DNA of 64,000 nt from Octopus sinensis (taxonomy: Eukaryota): contig NC_043001.1 in NCBI RefSeq assembly GCF_006345805.1, positions 110,360,001 to 110,424,000 on the forward strand, in the 5' to 3' direction. Shown in pieces: positions 25,904 to 37,535 of the stretch (position 1 is the first letter of the stretch; each line of letters starts with the position of its first letter). The translations under genes and the position numbers were made by a program. The notes beneath the pieces were generated by a model. That model was given only the letters and a program-made list of their open reading frames with translations, was not told the DNA's origin and ran no database searches.

Positions 25904-27699
25904 TAAGAGAGAGAGAGAGAGGGGGCAGACAGACAGATATACATACATGCATATATACATACATAAATACATACATGCATACAAATACAATTGTATGTAC
26001 CAACCATTACTTGTATTATCTTCTCGGTTTAGACAAAAGAGTATCCAATCTATCACTCATTTACCTAATACTTATGTATCAAACTCTCTTTAGATTTACA
26101 GAGAAACCTATTATCTTAACACATTGCAACAAAATTTAATCAAACACAAAATAATTGGTTTTGAAGTTTCCTTGTTTCCTATTTTGAGCTTGCGTTTTTT
26201 TTTTTAATTCTGAAGGCTTGATATTTTTTCGTGCATTGTTATATAATTGTATCCGAAATTTAAGTACTGTGTCATACTTTCAATTGAATCGAAGAATGTT
26301 CATGTTAAAGGAATATTTGAATGGCATAAATTGGTTTCGGTTTATTTTGTATCTTAAGAAATATATCCAATCATTTCTTCAAACTTCACGATGTTGGTTG
26401 AATAGATATTCACTGGCTAGGCGTTTCTCATGCCACTAAATTATATTACAAGTCTCTCTTATATGGAACAGCATATGAAAATCTTGCATACTATCTGAAA
26501 TGCTATATTTGTGAAAATGAAGAACATTACAAATGATACGTATGGGACATATAACAAGAATCTTCTATTTCTATAGGTTTCCTACTAGGACACCAGATCC
26601 CAGATTCATGATATTAATTGAAAGCACAGCTTTATAGACAACTTTGTTCCTTTCAGCGTAAGACCATTCCCGCAATAGACATGTCACTGCAATTCACCGA
26701 AGATGTCAGCTGCTCTGGATAACATATTTACGATTTCGTCACCCAAAGAAGCATTTTGGGTATTTTTACTCACCGAATGCGGAAATTATTTACAGACTTC
26801 TGATCATAAATGTTTTCTGTTACTTGATTTATTGCAAAAATATATGTAAGTTGCATGAACGTCACTGATGCATGGTATTTCATTTTGGAATTACTTCATT
26901 TATGTTTCTCTAAAACGATTAGACCAGAAGATTTAAAAGATTGCGAGAAATGTTATACACTGAAATGAACTCTTGATATGATTCTACAAGTACTGTCTTG
27001 CAAATACCTGGAATAAGAATTAATTTTGCCCCGTTTATTGTTCTTGCATTAAGTCTCTCCTGATGAAACAATGCCAACCTACTAGTAAGAGATATAGACT
27101 TAAATTCTTTGTCTAAATCCGTAACCAAGTACGGTATATCTGAAAAAAATAAGGAACAAAGAAAGCAGAGACTGCAACACGTTGCGCTCACTGAAAAATC
27201 CATATAATAAATCTGTCCAGGTTAAATAGAGTTCTCATACCCCAATGAATGTAAATAATAACGTTAAAACTTTTATCCGATTGCTTTTAGTACTTTTTTT
27301 CCTTGCTATATCGAATGTCAAACCAAGATTCACGAAAACGATATATAATTAGTGATTTCTCTTCTATATCTGATTTGCCAGTTGTCAAAAAGTACATAGC
27401 ACAGTAATGTTCCCTCAAGTTTAAATTAATGATAATAGTCGGCGTGAATTTGTTTTCTGCAACTTCACTCGCCAGTCTCCTCAGGATAAGATGAACTGTG
27501 ACTTTACATGTGTAACAAAGAAAGGTAAAGTTGCAATGCTTATCACGATTATATTTAATGGCTTAAAAATCAAGCGCTGGAAAACATGTTCATTGCTGCA
27601 TATCAGCGAAGACATTTTCAAACAATTTTGGCTCGGTCTTTTTGAAATCACATCCGTAGACCTCTGAGCATGGGCTCTCTTGCCAAATAAATTTCGTAG

Positions 27700-28122
27700 A
27701 CATGTTTTTCAGCATGAAATTATTCAAGTTTATATAGAGATGCCAGTGGCACTCTTTGTGGAAAGGATCACATAATATCTTCGTTGACTTTCCTTGGAAT
27801 AACTTCAAATGATTTTTATCTGCTTCAAGAAATAAAATGGAAAATTTAAATCGGAATATATTAAAGTTAAATACCATCAAAAAAGTGTAGAATAAATGTA
27901 TTAATGGTAAATCTTGCTCCACTTCACGTCGAAACTTTCACTAAAGATGTGAAAGTGCTAGGCGTAGGAGTGGCTGTGTGTTAAGTAGCTTGCTTACCAA
28001 CCACATGTTTCCGGGTTCAGTCCCACTGCGTGGCACTTTAGGAAAGTGTCTTCTAATATAGCCTCGGGCCGACCAAAGCCTTGGGAGTGAATTTGGTAGG
28101 TGGAAACTGAAAGAAGCCCGTC

Positions 28123-28189
<67 letters not shown>

Positions 28190-29722
28190 CATATATATAT
28201 GTATGTGTGTGTATTTGTTTCTGTGTCTGTTTGTCCCCCACAACCTCGCTTGACAACCGATGGTGGTGTGTTGAGGTCCCCGTAACTTAGCAGTTCGGCA
28301 AAGGCGACCGATAGAATAAGTACTAGGCTTACAAAGAATAAGTCCTGGTGTCGATTTGCTCGATTAAAGGCGGTGCTCCAGCATGGCCGCAGTCAAATCA
28401 CTGAAACAATTAAAAGAGAGAATGAGAGAGAACTAGGAATCGACCTAATGCATGGATATAGATGCAAGACGTTCGTGGTCGGTAGTAAAAATAAATAACA
28501 AAAACACACTGGTATGTTTACTTAAAAGAACCATGAGGTGCCAGTTTAACCCATAACATTAACTTACCGTTGCACAAAAACACTTGTCTGAAAAATTAAG
28601 GCCTGAATATTGAGTACATACTTTCCACAGTCGCTCTCCGTTCATTTCTACAAATGAATGAGCGCTCACAGGAATCTGGTGTCACTACATTTAATTAAAA
28701 GCACTTGCTATTCACGTCGCTGCTAAGAAACATCAGGTCAGCAAACTTCGCTCTTTTAGCTGAAAGCAGAAGTATTATCTTATGTGATACGAAGGATTAT
28801 CTGATATGATAAAAATAGTCCAAGGTGAACATTAAATTCTCAGAGGACAGGTTGTTTATACTTCAGGTTATTTTTGCACAATATGCACTGATATTTGTTA
28901 TATAAAATTCCACTGGCCATATGCTGACAAGCAAGATACACCATTGTGACTCTTAGGTTGTTTATGGACAATGTAAAGATCTCTATTCGGAATAAGGGCA
29001 ATATAAGAATGAGCTGCACATAATATGAATATATTTCTGTAATATTCAAATGGAATTTCCGCCCATTCCTTACAAGCGTTTACTATTTGAACAGGAAAAA
29101 AAAAAGAAGCAAAGCGGTTTTATCAATCACGAATGCTTTATATATACGGCATCCTATCTCCTCTGTAAACACAATACCTGTGCTATAAATACCTAGATAT
29201 AAATGAAGATATATCATGCAAACTTGCTCTGAACAAAAGCAGAATGACCAAAGATTAATACATCTGACTGAAAGGATATGGCAGTCATATCTTGTATTTA
29301 GTATTGAGGCAATATCTCAAAACTCCTTTACAGCACAAGAACTATTTCGAATGTATGGGATACTTCCTCGATGGAGGAAATGCGTTTCATATATTTCAGA
29401 CTACCAAGCAGCTGATGCCAACTGGGAGCATCCAGACGAATAGTAATAGTAACAAGGTCTACCGCAGAAAACAAGGGGTGAAAGTGTTTCGTATCTACCA
29501 AGGCATACTTTAAGAGCCGTATGGTATCAATCAGGGAATATCAACGAAGCAACAGTAGTAGAAAAACACAGAAAAAACTCATTTGTAAGTAGTAAAAAGA
29601 ACATGCCCTGGGTTGAAAGTGAACACCTCAAGAAGTACTCATTGTTTGAAGATCATACACGCGACCTCAGAATCTCTAGATTAGCATAAGCAAAAAAACG
29701 TATGAGAAACAACCAGAAACAA

Positions 29723-29755
<33 letters not shown>

Positions 29756-30350
29756 AAATGAATAAATATTAATAAATAAATAAAAGTTATGCACGGATAT
29801 GTTTTCCGTAAGCTTGGGTACAGTGCTAACTTAAACAGGAAATGTAACCTCTTTTGGACTTATGAAAGCAATGTTTTTGCAATCTAAGTGAAGGAGAAAG
29901 CTACAAATTACCTAACGAACAAAAGAGGCAGTGAAGCCTGCAAACCTCACCAGATGCAGCCCAAAATGTTGTGGAAGCTATACATATGATGAGCAGCTGC
30001 TTAAATGTGTCATTGAAGCACTATCTTACAATGCGTTGTGATGCTGTTAAAGCTATATGTGTTGATGTTTGAAAGACTTCCGTGGAATACATATGGAAAA
30101 TACTTTTTTGTTGAATACGTACATAGCTATCAACACCCAGACTGTTGGTAAGGGGCATTCCTGTCAAAACCTCAGCCAATAACAAACCTAACAGACTTGA
30201 TACTATTGTTCAATATGGAAAGGAATATAAATATGTGCAGTTAAAGTGACCATCTGCACCGAAGAAGAAAATATTTGTTCACAAAATAATGGCAAAGAAA
30301 TAATTTTGCCCAATATTTCGAAACCTGCTGCTAATCTTATAAAATTTTTA
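27700..30350 (+). pseudogene. Highly decayed Dong/R4-type (RLE) non-LTR retrotransposon ORF
   Basis: Colinear degenerate motifs on the + strand: GIDLMHGYRCKTF (~28435), IVQGE (~28815), VTLRLFMDNVK (RT active-site region, ~28945), YKYLDINEDI (~29185), RIWQS...NSF...YGIL (~29270-29370), VFAI*VKEKATNYLTNKR (~29870), VEAIHMMSSC...YLTMRCDAV (~29970-30050), IPVKTSANNKPNRLD (~30155). These parallel the fragment at 44600-45220. Interrupted by a SINE and (AAAT)n; the 5' boundary is uncertain. Confidence 0.65.
27961..28430 (+). mobile_element. SINE family A, full-length reference-like copy
   Basis: GGCGTAGGAGTGGCTGTGTGTTAAG (A-box)...GGGTTCAGTCCC (B-box), central (TA)n(TG)n, tail CAGCATGGCCGCAGTCAAATCACTGAAAC-AAAAGAG. 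Confidence 0.9.
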
Positions 30351-30419
30351 AAGTTACAGATATAACTACATAGGAAGATTCTGATTGGAAAAACTCAAAT
30401 ACTTAAAAGTAAAGCTAAC

Positions 30420-30575
30420 TGGCGTGACTGTTTGGTACGTAGCTTGTTTACCAACTACATGGTACCAGGTTCAGTCCCACTACCTGGTACCTTGGGCAGG
30501 TGTCTTCTGCTCTAGCCTCGGCCCACCAATGTCCTGTGATTGGATTTGGTAGACGGAAACTGAAAGAAGCCCGTC

Positions 30576-30628
<53 letters not shown>

Positions 30629-30633
30629 TATGC

Positions 30634-30668
<35 letters not shown>

Positions 30669-30925
30669 TGTATGTATGTATGTATGTATGTATGTATATA
30701 TGTAGTATTTATGTGTCTGTGTTCTTCCTCCGACTATCGCTTGACAGCCGATGCTGGTGTGTTTATGTCCCCGTAACTTAGCATTTTGGCAAAAACAGAC
30801 AGATAGAACAAGTACTAGGCTTACAAAGAATAAGTCCTAGGGTCGATTTACTCGACTACATGGCGGTGCTCCAACATGGCCACACTCAAATAACTGAAAC
30901 AAATAAGAGAATAAAAGAATAAAAG
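30420..30925 (+). mobile_element. SINE family A
   Basis: Same head, internal (TA)n/(TATG)n tract and tail as 27961-28430. Confidence 0.9.
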
Positions 30926-30979
30926 AACACCGACCTACATAAATTAAGGATACCCTATCACGCTGAACGATAAATATAT

Positions 30980-31400
30980 CGATCAGTTCGATCAGTCATC
31001 GAATTATGGTGTAAGAGTTGGGTACTCCGCTTTTACGTCCATCTAAATAATCACCCTCAGAAAGAATGAGCATGAAAGAATATGTGACAGTTTGGGCGCA
31101 TTGAATAAGCGTGAACTCCGGAACAGGGACGCAAGGGATGAAAGCGTACCCTCTAAAATTTGGGCGGGGCAATGAAAACATTTTGAACCACTTGGGTCGG
31201 ATTTGGGTTTGCTCTCACTGAGAAAATTTCTTTGTCGTACTTATGTGAATAGCAGTTAAAAATCACTCAACAGGTTATCATATATTTTAGGCCTTTTCAG
31301 TTTCCTTCTGAAAGCGTTCGTCAATCCCAGGATCTTTATAGTAAGGGACGTTTGAGTAGGGTGCTAAAGCAATGGTTGGAACCCAAATATCATGGTTCTC
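30980..31400 (-). repeat. Dispersed ~420-bp repeat, probable old SINE (family E), copy 1
   Basis: Aligns along its length with 34697-35130 (shared CCCTCTAAAATTTGGG, CGGATTTGGGTTTGC, CGTACTTATGTGAA, TTTTAGGCCTTTTCAGTTT, CAATCCCAGGATCT, TGGTTGGAACCCAAAT). Confidence 0.75.
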
Positions 31401-31701
31401 GACGATACACATATTCATAAGTTTATATTTAGGCATAAATGCAAACGCAAACATACGTAAATTCACACAAAGAGTCATAAAGCTGACATCGAATTCAGTT
31501 GCATCAGTTTAGCTTTTATGACTCTCTTTTAAAATGGCCATCTTCTACGAATAAATACAAATAAGCACCTGTTTAAAGAACAGTAGTAATAGAGCAACGA
31601 AACAAATCTGGTGAACAACATATATTAATGATATAAAAGAAGCCAGAGTTATCAATCTCATCTTAAGATAATTTCAAAGTTTAAAAATAAAATGCCTTTA
31701 T

Positions 31702-32905
31702 AGGCGCAGGCGTGTGTTTTGTGGCAAGAAGCTTACTTCGCAAACATGTGATGCACGGTTCATTCTCACTGCGAGGCAATTTTAAACAATGTACGTGGTC
31801 TGATCAATAAGTATCCGGACTGTTGCCATAGAAACAAAGGTAGAGTTAAGATGCTTGGAACAGATTGACCTTGGACGATGTTCTGCATGTGCACTACGCT
31901 TTAACGTTGTAGCTCACTTCTGCTGTTTACAGCAGTGCTTCGAAAGAAGGTGTGTAACGTCTGACTGTTGCATTGGCCATGACACAGAAAGTTGAGCAGA
32001 GGATCTGTATCAAATTTTGCTAAAATCTTGGGGATACTTGCTCATAGGACTACGCAAATTCCCCAAGAAATTTTAACCGTTCTCGACGCAATGAAGGAGC
32101 TTTTGTGCAACTGAACCCCATTGGTGTCTTTTTGGTCAGTTGAAAGCAGTTTTCGCACGAACTTGGCAGACACGCGTCTCATAGCCAAATCTTCAGCGAT
32201 AATTGACTGAATTGAACCGTAACTAATCTGCACAACTTCTGTAATTCGCAGATGGTGATTCGATGGTTTCCCTTCACAGCTGCATGCAAATCTGCGATGT
32301 TTTTCTCATTTCTGCTGGTTAGGGGTCCTCCAGAACGTTCGTCAATATCGACATTTTGCTGGTCAACTTGGAAATTTCTGAACAGCTCATATATTTGCGT
32401 GGCGCTCATACACTCCTCCCCATACATTTTCTGCAACTTTGCGATGGTCACATGCTACACACCTTCCTTCCAAGCATTGCTGTAAACAGCGGAAGTGAGC
32501 TAGAACGTTAAATCTCAGTGCGCAAGCACAGCAGAGACCAAGGTCAATCTTCGCCGAAGGGCTTCACACTGCATGTTTTACATTCTTTCCTTTGGCAATA
32601 ATCCGGATACTTATTGATCAGACCTCCGATATATATATTCAACGAGAACACACACATATGTATATAAGTGTGTGCCTGTGCATCTTGATATATTTTTGTG
32701 TCCTTCCACAACCGCTTGAAAACTGATGTTGGCGTGTTTAAATCTCCGTAACTTAGCAATTTGGCATTAGGAATCGATAGAATAGTATCAGGCTTAAAAA
32801 GAATAAAGAATGGGCAGTATTCAGTTCATTCTACTAAAAGTTTCACAAGGCACTGCTCCAGCATGACTGCAGTCACGTGACTAAAGGAAGGAAAAGACAA
32901 AAGAT
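31702..32905 (+). mobile_element. Old SINE family A copy split by the mariner derivative
   Basis: Head at 31702-31790 and tail at about 32690-32905 flank the TIR element; the SINE middle segment is missing. Confidence 0.65.
31794..32628. mobile_element. Mariner-derived non-autonomous element with two 5' ends
   Basis: TA then TIR CGTGGTCTGATCAATAAGTATCCGGA at 31794, with the inverted copy at 32602-32628. The + arm encodes MTQKVEQRICIKFC*NLG. The - arm encodes the mariner HTH region (ORFs 32179..32451 and 32042..32233: MYGEECMSATQIYE...DERSGGP...RITI, ISYGSIQSIIAEDLAMRRVSAKFVRKLL). Confidence 0.9.
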
Positions 32906-33110
32906 GCCAGATGCCAAACAAATGAGAACATCGTGAATGCCGCATGGCAGAGAATTCAACTAATCTTTGCAATTATTGGGCAGTTTTGTATGCAAGAAAT
33001 GTTCAACTACCATTTTTGTGAAACCATGGTTCAAAAAAAACCCAGAAATGAAGCAGCTATGTAGAACGTAGCACTTTCAAACCCTTCTTGGAACTGTTGG
33101 AATGTGTGAA

Positions 33111-33545
33111 ATATTTGAGAAACCATTCCTGTAGTATCTGCTCATATATGGAGTCATGCGAAAATTTGTATATGAACATAAACGTGTCATAACATAAATT
33201 CACATTGTCTAGGACATGTATTAGTTATATAATCTTTCGCAAAAATACATACGTACCCTGAGACAGTGGAACGGTCACTCCATCATTTACGACGGAGATA
33301 TATATTTGAGAAACCATTCCTGTAGTCGGTGCTCATATATGGAGAGATACGTAAAGTTGTATATGAACATAAACGTGTCATAACATAAATTCACATTGTC
33401 TAGGACATGTATTAGTTATATAATCCTTCGTAAAGATACACACGTATCCTGAGACAGTAGAAGAGTCACTCCATCATTTACGACGGAGGTCTATATTTGA
33501 GAAACCATTCCAATAGTCCCTGCTCCTGTATGGAGACCTACGAAC
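33111..33545. repeat. Tandem duplication, 191-bp period, ~2.3 copies
   Basis: ATATTTGAGAAACCATTCC recurs at 33111, 33302 and 33493. Confidence 0.9.
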
Positions 33546-33793
33546 TATCACTCCACCCATTACGATGGAAACTGTTCTCGTTGATTTGATGAGCTGGACA
33601 GCCTGCTCGTTAAATTAACATGCAAGTGGCTGAGCACTCCACAGGCACGCGTAACCTTAAAATTGTTCTCAGGGAGAATTAGCGTGACACAGAATGTGAC
33701 AAAGCTGGACATTACCATCGTGAACCGAATGCTCTAACCTATTTCTTTATTTCGTGAACCGAATGCTCTAACCATTTAGCCACGCGCCTTCCA
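33545..33793 (-). mobile_element. SINE family B, internally deleted
   Basis: CAGCCTGCTCGTTAAATTAACATGCAAGTGGCTGAGCACTCCACAG...CCATTTAGCCACGCGCCTTCCAC matches 42250-42567. Confidence 0.75.
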
Positions 33794-34051
33794 CGTGTGA
33801 ACATATAAAACTTACATTCGCGCATTCATAAACTCACACACACATACACAAACACACACTAATATATACTGTTTACTTTTTACACGTTTCAGTCATTTGA
33901 CAGCGGCCATGCCGGAGCACCCGCTTTAGTCGAACAACATATGAAATATTAGGAAAGGAAAAAATTGTAGGTGTAGTCGATCTATAATTCATAATCCAGG
34001 TTGGTACAGATCCAATATGAATTATACAAATTGCTTCGGTCCTCACCTCAT

Positions 34052-34112
<61 letters not shown>

Positions 34113-34205
34113 GGTGTGAAGTGTGTGTGTGTATAACCTATAATTGCCTGTATAAAAAAAGGCGATTTTAGCTGTTTCATCCTACATTGGAAAGCCTGTT
34201 GAATA

Positions 34206-34248
34206 ACCGTAATCGATTTTCGATCTTTCTTGAATTCTCATCAGAGGC
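34206..34248 (-). ncRNA. Minimal type I hammerhead ribozyme-like motif (canonical core, weak helices)
   Basis: Minus strand GCCT-CTGATGA-GAATTCAAGAAAGATC-GAA-AATCGATT-A-CGGT: canonical CUGAUGA/GAAA core with a palindromic helix III; helices I and II are imperfect. Confidence 0.4.
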
Positions 34249-34439
34249 ATCTTCATCAGTTTCACCATTTACAGAGAAGTAAGTAGCCAATCTCTCTCTC
34301 TCCCCTCCCCCCTCTCTCTCTCTCTCTCTCTCTCTCGCTATATATATATATATATCTATTATATATATATAATATATATATATATATGTACCTATATATA
34401 TATATTGCTATATATATATATATATCTTTATATATTATA

Positions 34440-34653
34440 TTTTTTTTTTTTTCAAAATGTGACCTCGTGTTACCGTTGGCGATTTTTTCCCTTCTCTCCC
34501 TTCTCTGGATCTTTCCTTCTCCTATGTTTCCGACGAAGAGCTCCGCCCTAAACGTACACCCCTCTTTCCTTCTTTCCTGAGCGTCCAAAATACTTATATT
34601 TGTTCCACTCTCGCGTTGTTGTGTTTTTTATTTTGTGCTTTCTATATTAGATT

Positions 34654-34655
<2 letters not shown>
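34440..34655 (+). mobile_element. Probable solo Penelope-type pseudo-LTR, decayed
   Basis: TTTCCGACGAAGAGCTCCGCCCTAAACGTA resembles the hammerhead-like unit of the other pseudo-LTRs; flanked by (TA)n on both sides. Confidence 0.45.
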
Positions 34656-34691
<36 letters not shown>

Positions 34692-34696
34692 TTTCG

Positions 34697-35130
34697 GTCA
34701 GTTCGATCGTTCATTTCAATTATAGTGTCAGGTTCATTTGAATTATTGTATTGCCTTGGGTACTCCACAAATAAGTCTACCTAAATAAACATCCACAGAG
34801 AGGATGAGTGTGGGAGAATATGCGACAGCTTGGGTGCATTGAATGACCATGAAGTCAGGAAGAGGGATACAATGAATGAAAGCGGGCCCTCTAAAATTTG
34901 GGTGGGAATTTGAAAGCTCTTGGTTCGGATTTGGGTTTGCACCCACAAAGTACATTTCGTTCTCGTACTTATGTGAACAACAGTTAAAAACCACCCAACA
35001 GGTCCCCAAAAATTTTAGGCCTTTTCAGTTTACTTCAGAAAGCATTTTTCAATCCCAGGATCTGTATAGTTAGGGACATCTGAGCAGAGCGGTAAAGCAG
35101 TGGTTGGAACCCAAATCTCATAGTTGCACA
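34697..35130 (-). repeat. Dispersed ~430-bp repeat, probable old SINE (family E), copy 2
   Basis: Aligns with 30980-31400. Confidence 0.75.
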
Positions 35131-35407
35131 GCGAAATTCCCGACGTTCAGCACACACACGCACACACACATATATATATATATATTGATGCAAGGTCAGC
35201 CTATATCACGGTAAGAAACTCAAATGAGAGTAACTGTATCAAACTCACGCATTCATCAAAGGCAAAATTTGATTGGCCATTGAAACAGTGACAAAAATGG
35301 CGGTTTCCCGAAATTTGGAGTAATTGGCGCTCAAAAGCACAAAGTTTTAAAAAATGCGTGTACACGTGTGTGTGCTTGTGTGCTCGTGCATGTGTGTATG
35401 TGAGTAT

Positions 35408-35452
<45 letters not shown>

Positions 35453-35839
35453 CGTAAGTGTGCGGGGTGTATGTGAGTGTGTGCGTACACACATTCTTTT
35501 TTGTGTGCATATACACCGATGCTTTTGGGGGAATTGAAACATATGACATACATAATATCGCTAGTTAACAAAATTTGAATTTTTTCACTCAGTAAATTAC
35601 GCACGTGCAACATCACCATTCCTTTGTTTAATAGGCTGAATGCATCCCCAAGGCATTTGTATTGCCAAATGAATTATAATTATGCTGGTAATGGAAATGC
35701 AATTATCAATATCCACGTTACTCCTGTGTTTATGTTCGTTGCGGCAAAATAATGCACACATGAATGGAACCAGTAGTAACGTGGACATTCCTGAAATGCT
35801 TGGGGATAAAGGTACCTCACCATGTAACCTATACGCACT

Positions 35840-36051
35840 CAAACACAGACCACACACATATACGCAGACATATATGCATATGCACACATGTATACACATT
35901 TATGCATATGTACATACACACACATATCTATACATATATATATACAGATATGTAATAGATAGATGTATATACGTACATATGTAAGGGTATAGTTATATAC
36001 ATAGGCATATATGTATGCATATATATATGTATATATATATATATACATACA

Positions 36052-36083
<32 letters not shown>

Positions 36084-36241
36084 CACATACATATATGTAT
36101 GCATATATATATGTATATATAAATATATATATATACATACATATATATATATACACATACATACATACATACATATATATATATACATATGTGTGTCTAT
36201 GTGTATATATATATATATAAATAGATGGATAAATAGATAGG

Positions 36242-36285
<44 letters not shown>

Positions 36286-36286
36286 G

Positions 36287-36333
<47 letters not shown>

Positions 36334-36581
36334 CAGACAGGGGTAGAGATAGAGGGAGATAGATAGAAAGATAGAGAGAGGAAGAAAGAGAGGGAAAACG
36401 ATATGAGTCGGTACGTGTAAGTAAGCGAATGTGTTTGGTTATTAATCCTGCTATGTTTGCACTTGTGCTAATACGAAGTCAATTACCCTCTTTATATATC
36501 TGTTTACACACACTTCATCATGACCTTACACCCTTCCACACAAACACACACACACATCTACACCACATACACACACGTTAA

Positions 36582-36627
<46 letters not shown>

Positions 36628-36990
36628 TACACGGAAAGTACAACGCCAGACTTATATAAACTTTTATATTCTCTGAAGCCGTGTCCCGTAACAAACAATA
36701 AACGCACGTTGAAGTACACAGATTCCCGAAACACAAGCTAATATTTACCCATGTGTAAACACAAATACTACACTTTTTACGTTGAAAGCACGAAAGATGC
36801 CGACATATGAACGACGATATGCTGGTAGACACGCATGTGTGCATCTTTATTAACGTGCATCCTCACACACACACACACACACGTATCCACGTATATCTTT
36901 TCAGTTTCAAGTATATATAATAGGAAGTAAAAAATAAAGTAACTGTACAAATAGGTATACATATGAGAAGGTTATATGTGTAACAATGTA

Positions 36991-37023
<33 letters not shown>

Positions 37024-37048
37024 GTGTGTGTGTGTGTGCGTATGTATC

Positions 37049-37090
<42 letters not shown>

Positions 37091-37217
37091 TGCATGTATT
37101 TATGCGTGCATCGATGTGCATGTGTAAGCAAATATGTGGGTACGTTTCTATATATTTATTTATGCGCATACTATATTGTGCGTGTTCTGAAAATATATAA
37201 AGTGTGTGTGTGCGCGC

Positions 37218-37254
<37 letters not shown>

Positions 37255-37503
37255 GAAGAGAGAGAAAGAGAGAGAGAGAGAGAAAAACATACATATATAC
37301 ACATATGCATATATAAATACATAATACGTACATATTTACATATATGCATATATATATATATATATAACGTATACATATATGCATGATATATATATATATA
37401 TATATAGCATGCATATATTACATATGTATATGCACATGTACCTCTGAAGGTATGCATTAATGTGTGTATATATATACATATATATATACATACACATACA
37501 TAC

Positions 37504-37535
<32 letters not shown>

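Noticed and set aside
27590-27922. CHWHLYINL in a minus-strand ORF resembling the Mutator transposase CxxH motif
   Set aside because: No DDE context; the opposite strand is better explained as the upstream part of the R4-type fossil.
27961-28040. tRNA genes at the heads of this and other repeats
   Set aside because: A/B boxes are present but there is no complete cloverleaf, and each continues into a SINE body.
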